Shown piece by piece: positions 56,733 through 64,000 of a stretch of 64,000 nucleotides of DNA; position 1 is the first letter of the stretch, and each line of letters starts with the position of its first letter. Below the pieces are notes generated by a model. It made no database searches. It was not told the DNA's origin and was given only the letters and a program-made list of their open reading frames with translations. The DNA comes from an uncultured Planctomycetota bacterium (GTDB taxonomy: Bacteria > Planctomycetota > PLA2 > JAEUHO01). A program made the position numbers and the translations under genes. Location of the stretch: positions 64,001 to 128,000 of the forward strand of contig CAVVXN010000005.1 in the NCBI GenBank assembly GCA_963752285.1. The letters are read 5' to 3'.

Positions 56733-59072
56733 TCAGCGCCCACCCGTCGCCTCCTTCCCGAGCCACGGCTTCGTCGCGCGCTGCCGGGCCTGGACCGTCT
56801 GCTCGAAGGTCGTCCACGTGTCCGGGCGGGCCTCCGGCTTCGGGACCTCGTCCTCCGGGATGCCCAGTCGGGCGGCCAGGCGCGTCAGCCCGTCCTGGAA
56901 GCCCCGGACGACCGTCGGGTCGCGCCACCCCGCGACGGCGCGGTCCCAGAACGGGAAGACGTCCGGGAGGTCCATCTCGCCGAGGTCCGAGAGCACGCGC
57001 GCACGCCCGTCCGACGGGAGGCCGTCGTACCCGCGGACGACGTCGTCGAAGCGCGCCTTCCGCCGCGCCAGCTCGTGGATCCACCGGGCCGCGAGGTCGG
57101 GCGCGGGACCCTGTCCCCAGGTCCATCCGACCGAGCTGGGCGACACGCGTCGCACGAGCTCCCGGAACGGGTCCAGGCGCCCCGGCGCGAGGTACAGGCG
57201 GTAGACCTCGGCCTGCTCGCCCGAGAGGGTGCGTTCCTGCTTCGCGTACCACGCGGCCAGCCGGTCGGCGGTCGCCCCCGGGTCGGGCCCGCCGCCCGCC
57301 ACCGCCAGGAGCGCGTACTGGAGGAGCTCGGCGTCCTCGTCGAACGCGTCGAGGAGCGCCCACGCCTCCTTCGCGGCGGCCTCGGGGTCGGCGGCGCCGA
57401 GGAGCAGGAGCCCCGCCGTGCGCTCGCTGGAGCGGGAGGACGCGAGGAGGTCTCGGCCGAGGTCGGCGGCGCCGGGCGGCCGGGCGTCCAGGTACCGGAC
57501 CAGCTCGAGCGCGTCGTCGGGGAACCGGCGCGAGGCAACGATCTCACCGGCGCGCTCCGTGGCGCGTCGATGGAGCTCGGCCTCCCGATCGTAGGTCTCC
57601 TTCGTGGTGGCCCCGGTGGTGAGTCCCGCGCCCGAGCAGAACGCGAACCGGGCGGCCTTGCGGAGCTCCGCCGACGGGTCGTCGAGCAGCGCGAGGAGCG
57701 CGTCGGCGACGGGAGGGACCTTCGTGGCCCACGGCGCGAGCTTCGAGACGAGCTGGGCGCGGTACCGGGCGGTGAAGGCGCCGTCCCCGAGACGAGACGC
57801 GAGCCGGGCGACGAGGGCCGCGTCGAGCGGGACCTGCGACACGCCCTCGAGCGAGACGGTCTCGTCGGGACTCGCGGCCGCCTCGGACTCCGCGTCCCGG
57901 ATCGCCGCGAGGACCTCGGAGGAACGGAGGTGGGGCCCGACGGCGTCGAGGAAGCGGGCCACCGGGTCGCGCTCCTCCGGACGCGCGGCGAGGAGGCCCC
58001 GCGCGAACCGGGCCGCGCGCTCGGGGGTGAACAGCTCGCGGAAGCGATCCAGGGCGCCGTGCTCGAAGAGCCACAAGGACGTGGGCTCGTGGGCGAAGAC
58101 GTAGACGAATCGGTCCGGATCGCGGTCGGCGATCGCGAGGAGGATCCGGGAGGCCAGCTCGGACTCGATCGCGTAGGGGAGCGCCGCCTCGAGCTCGGGG
58201 AGCGACGTCTTCGGGTCGTCCGTCGCGCGGGTCACGGCGCGGACCCGCTCGTCGTCGTCCGCGCCCGAGACGAGCACCTCCGCGAGCGAGGGCGGGGACG
58301 CCGTCGGGACCGATCGGCCTGCCTCGTCGCCCGCGATCCGGGAGAGCGCCTTCTCGGCGGACGCACGAAGGGCCCCGTCGGGCGCCGCGGCCAGATAGGA
58401 GCGAAACGAGATCTCCGCGTGTCCCGGCTGCCCGAGCGCGAGGTACGCCTCGCCGGTCCAGTACGAGGTCTCGGGGAAGCGGACGGCGAGGTGCGCGGCC
58501 TGGAGCAGCTCGCCGATCGCCTCGGCGGCGCGGCCCGTCCGGAGGTGCGCCAGGCCGCGCAGGTAGTGGAGCGAGGCGGCCGCGGTCCGGTCCGCGGCGG
58601 GCCGCGTGGCGGGAGCGGGTCGGCCGAGGCGCTCCGCGACCGCCGCCGCGGCCGTTCGCGCCGCGCCTTCGAGGTCGCCGGTCGCGTCCACGGTGCCGAC
58701 GAGCGCTCCGTCCGGGACGGAGAGGACGCGGAGCACGTAGCGCCAGCGACCCTCCTCGAGCGCGACGGTGCCCGTCACCGCGCGGGTGGCGGCGAGGAGG
58801 TGGCCGATCCGCACCGCGTCGGTCGCGCCGGCCGCCGTGGCGAGCCCCTGTTCGGCGAGCGCGCGGTCCACGTCCGCGCGGTCCACGAGCGTGACGCCCT
58901 CGATCGTGCCGAGCGAGGCGGAGAGCACGTCCGTCGCGGCAGGGCCCAGGTCCGACGACGTGGATCCTCCGGCGGCCTCGAGCGGCCACACGAGCAGGGT
59001 CGCGGCGTCGTCCGCCGCCGCCGGTCGCGCGAGGCCCAGGATCGCGACGAGTAGGAGGAGCCGGCGCCTCAC
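56733..59072 (-). CDS. Secreted CsgG-like + TPR + HEAT-repeat protein
   Basis: Own GGAGA SD, GTG 59072 and signal peptide (VRRRLLLLVAILGLARPAAA); LVDRADVDRALAEQGL..IGHLLAA; TPRs; HEAT-like LLALLDDPSAELRKAA. Confidence 0.7.
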   Translation of the reverse strand: MRRRLLLLVAILGLARPAAADDAATLLVWPLEAAGGSTSSDLGPAATDVLSASLGTIEGVTLVDRADVDRALAEQGLATAAGATDAVRIGHLLAATRAVTGTVALEEGRWRYVLRVLSVPDGALVGTVDATGDLEGAARTAAAAVAERLGRPAPATRPAADRTAAASLHYLRGLAHLRTGRAAEAIGELLQAAHLAVRFPETSYWTGEAYLALGQPGHAEISFRSYLAAAPDGALRASAEKALSRIAGDEAGRSVPTASPPSLAEVLVSGADDDERVRAVTRATDDPKTSLPELEAALPYAIESELASRILLAIADRDPDRFVYVFAHEPTSLWLFEHGALDRFRELFTPERAARFARGLLAARPEERDPVARFLDAVGPHLRSSEVLAAIRDAESEAAASPDETVSLEGVSQVPLDAALVARLASRLGDGAFTARYRAQLVSKLAPWATKVPPVADALLALLDDPSAELRKAARFAFCSGAGLTTGATTKETYDREAELHRRATERAGEIVASRRFPDDALELVRYLDARPPGAADLGRDLLASSRSSERTAGLLLLGAADPEAAAKEAWALLDAFDEDAELLQYALLAVAGGGPDPGATADRLAAWYAKQERTLSGEQAEVYRLYLAPGRLDPFRELVRRVSPSSVGWTWGQGPAPDLAARWIHELARRKARFDDVVRGYDGLPSDGRARVLSDLGEMDLPDVFPFWDRAVAGWRDPTVVRGFQDGLTRLAARLGIPEDEVPKPEARPDTWTTFEQTVQARQRATKPWLGKEATGGR

Positions 59073-61634
59073 CGCGGGATCTCCGTGGTGAGCACCCACG
59101 TGCCCGTGCCCCAGGAGGTCGTGACCAGCGTGCTGCACGGTGTCGTCGGGGCCGACCCACACGTCCTTCGGCATCGACTCGGCCTCCGTGAGGTGCGGAC
59201 CCGTCCACGCCGCGCCGTCCCGGGACGTGAACAGCCCGAACGCGCCGTCGGCCGTGCGATCCCAGAGGACCAGCGTTCCGTCGGGGGCACGGCCGAGGAC
59301 GGGACCCCAGAGGTAGCGAGAGAGGACGCCGGCCGTTCCCGTAACGGCGAGCTCCTGTGGCGCGCCGGCGCGGGGCCACCGCGTCACTCGGATCTCCCGG
59401 CCCATCGCGCGCGACGCGACGAGGACGGCTCCGTCCGGCAACGCGACGGCGGTGCCTCGCGCATCTTCGCCCACGAGCAGACGGGGTGCGCTCCAGGTCA
59501 TGCCGTCGGACGTGTCGATCTCGTAGATGCCGGCGCCGTCCGGCCCCTGGGCCGAGCGGAGGATCACCCGGCTCTCGCCGAGGTCACCCTCGAGGATCTG
59601 CACGTCCCCCTCGGCGAGGAACACCTGGGTCCCCGCCGCGGGTCCCAGGTAGGTGCGTTCCGCGTCGTGACCACGAATCGGGAACGCGATCCGCCGTGGC
59701 CACGACCATTCGACGAGATCGTCCGAGGTGGAGGCGTAGAGGCACGCCCACGTCGGGTTCCCCCGATTGGAGATCCAGACCAGGAGCCACCGTCCGTCGG
59801 CCATTCGCCCCAGGGCCGGGTGATCGTCGTACGCCGAGGACGACACCGAGAGCCGCCTCGGCGCGCCGAACGTCCGGCCGCCGTCGCTCGACGAGACGAG
59901 CCAGAGGTCGGGGTCCACCCACGGGTCGAGATGGGCCGGCGGGTCGTCCGGCTCGCCCCACCAGCTACCCCGTGCCGCCGCCAGCACGACGTGGACCGCG
60001 CCCTGCGGCCCCGTGGCGACGCGCAGGTGCTCGATCGGGCGGCCGAGCTCCGGCGCGAGCGGTGCCGCCCCGCCGATCGAGGGCGCGGGCCCGTCGCGCG
60101 CGTGGGCTCCCTCGGGGACGAGCTCGGCTCGCGTCTCGATCGAGTCGAGTCGGACACCCCGGGGCTCGGCCGAGACCCACACCTGGGCCACCGGAGGAGA
60201 GAACCGCATCGTCCGATCGACCGGCTCGGCGTCCCCGGCGGGAACGGTGATCTCCGTGACGACGTGCTGCGGACCGTTTACGCCGCCCCATCCGGACAAG
60301 AGGAGCGTCCCGGAGGATGCGTCGTCGTCTCGATGCGCCCCGACGTGCCAGTCGAGTCGCGAGATTCGCAGCCCGCGCGCGGCGAGGATCTGGAGCCCGG
60401 CGGGGAGGGAGGGGCCGCCCGGTTGGGGCGCCGGATCGACGGAAAGCGAACACCGCGGTGCGCTCGCGGACAGGACGACGCAGCCCGGAGGCACGGGTGT
60501 CGTCGGATCGACGGCGCGGACCGCGCGCGCGTACAGGGCGGCGTAGAGTCCGCCCAGGCCCGCGGCGACGCCGTGGAGCTCCTCCCAGGCATGGGTGGAC
60601 CAGAGGGCCTTCATGCGCTCGACGCTGGCGCTCCTCGCGAGGTCGGGCTGGAAGTGCACGTCGCGGGCCTGGCAGAGCTTCCATCGCGCGTAGACGAAGG
60701 CGAGGGCGTCGCTCCAGCGACCCTTCCGAGCGAGATCGAGCGCCAGGCGGCCGACGAGCGCGGAGGTCTCGGGGTGGTAGGGGAAGCGCTCGATGGCTCG
60801 CGCGAGGGTCTCCTCCGCGCCGTCAGCACGGCCGGGCTCTCCTTCGATCGCATCGGCGGCGAGCCGGGCCGCGCGCACGACCGCGTTCGGGTCGCGCGAG
60901 GTCCGGACGAGCTCCTCCCACGTGAGGGCGGCGTGCGCGTGCTGACCGAGATCCTGGTAGAGCCGCCCGAGCGCGAGCGCGGCGTCGGTGAAGGCCGGCT
61001 CCGCCTCCAGCGCGTGCGTCAGCCCGACGAACGCGCGGGGGTAGTCCGCGTCGTCCTCGGCGGCCAGTGCCCGGTAGTACGCGGCCATCGCCTCGACCGA
61101 GACCGGCGGCAGCAGGACGGCCGGCTCGAGCCCCTCGGCGCCGAAGACGGCCTGCGTCATGTCCGCGACGAGCCGGCCGAGCGTCGGGACCGTGCCGTGG
61201 AGCCGCCGGCTCCGAAGCGGCGTCCCCGCGTGCGCGTCCACGACCGCGAGGTCCACGTCCACGTCGTCGCCGTTCGCCGCGAAGGTGCCGAACACCGCCC
61301 AGTCGGCGTCGGCGACCCGCGCGAGGCTCGTCGCGTCCTCGGGTCGGAGGAGGCCCACGGCCGCGAGGTCGCGCTCTCGCAGCAGCTCGGCGACGCCCTC
61401 GCGCTCGACCACGACGACGCCGGGCTTCCCGGCGAGCGCGCCCGAGAGGAGCGTCCCGAGCGCCGAGCCGAGCCAGTCGTGCGCGGGGTCCTCGGCCCGG
61501 GGCGCGAAGCGGAGCACGGCGACCTGCAGGGTCTGGGGCCGGGCCGCGGGTTCGCCGTCGGCCCGGGCCCGCGCGGTCGAGACGAGGAGCGCGAGCACGA
61601 GACCGGCCCCGGCCCACAGCGCGCCCTTCGCCAT
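59069..61634 (-). CDS. Secreted CsgG/TolB-N-like + TPR + sialidase-like (BNR/Asp-box) protein; frameshift near 59135
   Basis: Signal peptide; VAVLRF..VVEREGVAELLRE; TPRs; Asp-boxes SSDGGRTF, TSDDLVEW, TSDGMTW, TSRDGAAW. The natural C-terminus appears to be in another frame (TLVTTSWGTGTWVLTTEIPR, stop 59069). Confidence 0.7.
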
Positions 61635-61640
61635 CGAGGA

Positions 61641-61669
61641 GTTGGACACCCTCCCGGGCCGATTCTTGG
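61641..61669 (-). promoter_or_regulatory. Candidate ECF promoter at operon head (leaderless)
   Basis: CCAAG-N15-GTGTCCAAC ending 6 nt before ATG 61634. Confidence 0.55.
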
Positions 61670-62043
61670 CCGGCCCCATTCTGGCGTCGCTCGTCCCGGG
61701 CCCATCGGAGCAGCCCGTTCGTCCGTGCGCAACGACGCTTCGGGGTGGGGGAGGTCGAACGCGAGGCCCCCGGATCCACGTGCCGGCCCGCGAGGGCGCG
61801 GGCCGCGTGAACGGACGAGCCGGGGCCGCAGGGAGCCGCATGGGCCGAGCCGCGGCGCGGAGACCTCCGGCGCTGGCAAGCGTGGCGACGGGGCGCGGCG
61901 CCGGCCGCGAACGGGGTTCGGCATGCCCTCCCGAGCCCGGATTCAGGGGCTCTGGGGGCCGACCGGCGGGGCCCCCGGGACTGTCGGTGGTTCGTTTTAT
62001 GTTAGGTGGATCGGACCGCGCTACCACCTTGGGGGATCTCCTC

Positions 62044-64000
62044 ATGCAAGCCGTCGAAGACGTCCGCCGCGCCCTCTCGTCGATCGACCTCGTCCAGGGC
62101 CTCTCCATCCACCACGTCGAGACCCACCTCGAGATGGGGCTCCGCCTCGGGGACGTGGGGCAACGCGTCCTCGCCTTCTACCTCCTGGAGATGGAGACGC
62201 GGGGGCTCCACCAGGCGCTCGGCTACGCCACGACCGCCTACTACGCCGAGGACCGGCTCGGTCTCGACCGCCGCCGAACGGCGGAGCTGCTGCGGGTCGG
62301 GCGACGGCTCCTGGAGCTCCCGGAGATCGACCAGGCCTTCTGCGAGGACCGGCTCCCGTGGTCCAAGGTGCTCCTCCTCTCGCGGGTCGTCGAGCCCGCG
62401 CACGAGGCGGCCTGGCTCGCGCGCGCGCTCGCGCTCACGAAACGGGACCTGGAGCAGGAGGTCCGCGTCGTCAGGCCCGGCGCGCCGCCGCCCGCGTCCG
62501 GGGAGCGGATGGGACTTCCGCAGGTCCGCTTCACGGTCGAGATGAAGGTCTCGCCGCTCGTCCAGGCGAAGCTCGAGCAGGCGAAGGCGCGGGTCGAGTC
62601 GGAGCGCGAGACCCCGATCGGCGACGCGGAGCTCCTGGACGTCGTCCTCGACACGTTCCTCTCCTTCGAGGACGACGGGACGATCCCCGGGAAGAAGCGC
62701 GTCGCGCGTTCGCTCTACCAGATCGTGCTCCGCGAGGAGGCGTGGCCCGACGAAGGCACGCCGGGGGGAGTACCTGGAGAGCAGGGCCGAGACGAAAGTG
62801 ACGAAAGCGACGGAGGCGGCGGCGCGGCGCCGGACGACCGGACCCGCGAGTCGCTGGGGGACGCGAGGCCGCCGGGGGACGCGAGGCCGCCGGGCGACGC
62901 GAGGCTGCCGGGCGACGCGAGGCTGCCGGGCGACGCGAGGCTGCCGCCGATGCCGCGACTCCTCCTCGAGAGCGGCATCCCGCTCGCCGAGGCGTGGAGC
63001 GCGGCGGTGCGCTGCGACGCCGAGGTCTCGGGCTGCCGGCAGGACGTGCCCCACGAAGAACGCGACCCGAAGACGCCGCGCTGGATGCGGAGGCGGGCGC
63101 TCGCGCTCGACGGCCACCGGTGTCGATCGTGCGGCTCGCGCTACCGGCTGATGGTCCACCACGTCGCCTTCCGGCGCCGAGGCGGGAAGACGAGGCTCCA
63201 GAATGTCGTGACCCTCTGCGTTCGCTGTCACGCGCTGGTCCACGAGGGGCTCCTCGAGGTCGAGGGACGAAGCGGAGGGGAGGTCCGGCTCGCGGGGATC
63301 GACGGGCGGTCGATCCGGACGCCCCTCGCGCCCGCCGACCGGAGGGCGGTGATCGGGATCCCGTCCACCCGCAACGGGTCGGAGTCCGACGGACGGGCGC
63401 GCGCCTCGCCCGCGCCTTCGCTCCCGCCGCGCGTGGCCCTCGCGGACGTGCCCCTGGAGATCGACGCCGCGTGGTGGCACCGGCACCGGGACCTCGTCCG
63501 GTTCCGGAGCGAGACGGAGGTCGAGCTCGAACCGGGACGGCCCAAGGCCGAAGCGACGAACGAGGCGCGTGGCGAGGCGGGCCCGCCATCGCAAGCGGGC
63601 GTGTCCTTCGAGGAGGCGTTCGAGGGTCTCGTCGGGCAGGAGGACCTGCTCCGGCGGATCGAGGTGGCCTTCGAGGGATCCAAGGCGCGGGGCCGCGCGG
63701 TCCCGCACCTCCTCCTGGTCGGTCCCCCGGGGACCGGCAAGACCACGATCGCCCGGCGTCTCTCCACGCTCGAAGGCGCGCGGCTCGTGGAGGCGAATGG
63801 CGCGTTCCTGGACGCGCCGGGTTCGCTCGTGCGGATCCTCGCGGGACTCCGGGACGGCGACGTCCTCTTCGTGGACGAGGTCCACGCGCTCGCGCCGGCG
63901 GCGCAGGAGGTCCTCTACCCGGCGATGGCCGAGGGGCGGCTCGGGCTCGTGTTCGGACGGGGATCCGAGACCCGGACGGTCTCGTTTTGGCTCCCGCGCT
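62044..64000 (+). CDS. DUF222-like + HNH endonuclease + RuvB-like AAA+ ATPase fusion (3' truncated by window)
   Basis: Open frame from ATG 62044 to the window end, absent from the ORF track. LG..YAEDRLGL..ELLRVGRRLLELP..F..LPWSKV (DUF222-like); DGHRCRSCG..VHHV..GG..NVVTLCVRCHALVH (HNH); VGQE..HLLLVGPPGTGKTT..GDVLFVDEVH..EVLYPAM (RuvB-like). Confidence 0.85.
   Translation, partial: MQAVEDVRRALSSIDLVQGLSIHHVETHLEMGLRLGDVGQRVLAFYLLEMETRGLHQALGYATTAYYAEDRLGLDRRRTAELLRVGRRLLELPEIDQAFCEDRLPWSKVLLLSRVVEPAHEAAWLARALALTKRDLEQEVRVVRPGAPPPASGERMGLPQVRFTVEMKVSPLVQAKLEQAKARVESERETPIGDAELLDVVLDTFLSFEDDGTIPGKKRVARSLYQIVLREEAWPDEGTPGGVPGEQGRDESDESDGGGGAAPDDRTRESLGDARPPGDARPPGDARLPGDARLPGDARLPPMPRLLLESGIPLAEAWSAAVRCDAEVSGCRQDVPHEERDPKTPRWMRRRALALDGHRCRSCGSRYRLMVHHVAFRRRGGKTRLQNVVTLCVRCHALVHEGLLEVEGRSGGEVRLAGIDGRSIRTPLAPADRRAVIGIPSTRNGSESDGRARASPAPSLPPRVALADVPLEIDAAWWHRHRDLVRFRSETEVELEPGRPKAEATNEARGEAGPPSQAGVSFEEAFEGLVGQEDLLRRIEVAFEGSKARGRAVPHLLLVGPPGTGKTTIARRLSTLEGARLVEANGAFLDAPGSLVRILAGLRDGDVLFVDEVHALAPAAQEVLYPAMAEGRLGLVFGRGSETRTVSFWLPR
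62857..62946 (+). repeat. Intragenic tandem repeat, 5 x 18 bp (GDAR[P/L]P)
   Basis: GGSGACGCGAGGCYGCCG repeated five times in frame. Confidence 0.9.

Noticed and set aside
56733..62108. Genuine 1791-aa giant protein
   Set aside because: The N-terminal 158 codons are non-coding-like, and an internal SD, signal peptide and codon-usage break show two genes.
62857..62946. Possible CRISPR array
   Set aside because: Contiguous 18-bp tandem units without spacers, in frame within a CDS; no cas genes.
63610..64000. Calling this a canonical housekeeping ruvB
   Set aside because: No separate start or RBS and no ruvA/ruvC upstream; it is in frame with the HNH protein, so no gene symbol was assigned.
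1..64000. tRNA, rRNA, IS/transposase, integrase or prophage genes
   Set aside because: None recognised by eye; a covariance-model scan would be needed to exclude small RNAs.

Overview
Very GC-rich bacterial DNA. The gene repertoire suggests Planctomycetota or a similar PVC/Myxococcota-like lineage (inference only): many secreted multidomain proteins, a MoxR/vWA operon, ECF sigma/anti-sigma, Ser/Thr kinase, and prenyltransferase-repeat and CsgG-like proteins. About 45 real genes sit under many spurious GC-rich shadow ORFs. No rRNA, tRNA, CRISPR array or transposase was recognised. Highlights: (1) a 3'-truncated gene at 62044 fusing a DUF222-like domain, an HNH nuclease and a RuvB-like AAA+ motor, missing from the ORF track; (2) a secreted thioredoxin-fold protein split by an in-frame UGA in a UxxC motif followed by a SECIS-like hairpin (probable selenoprotein); (3) a type III PKS / HpnO-like aminotransferase / FAD oxidoreductase / MMPL / YceI cluster with two convergent sigma54 promoters sharing an enhancer-like motif, next to an NtrC-type two-component system; (4) an ECF-sigma operon with three CsgG-like proteins, a duplicated promoter-like motif and two frameshifts; (5) a secreted RND porter-domain protein lacking the transmembrane block; (6) repeated leaderless-mRNA architecture and two probable non-canonical start codons (ATC, CTG). 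All family calls come from motif recognition by eye, not database searches.
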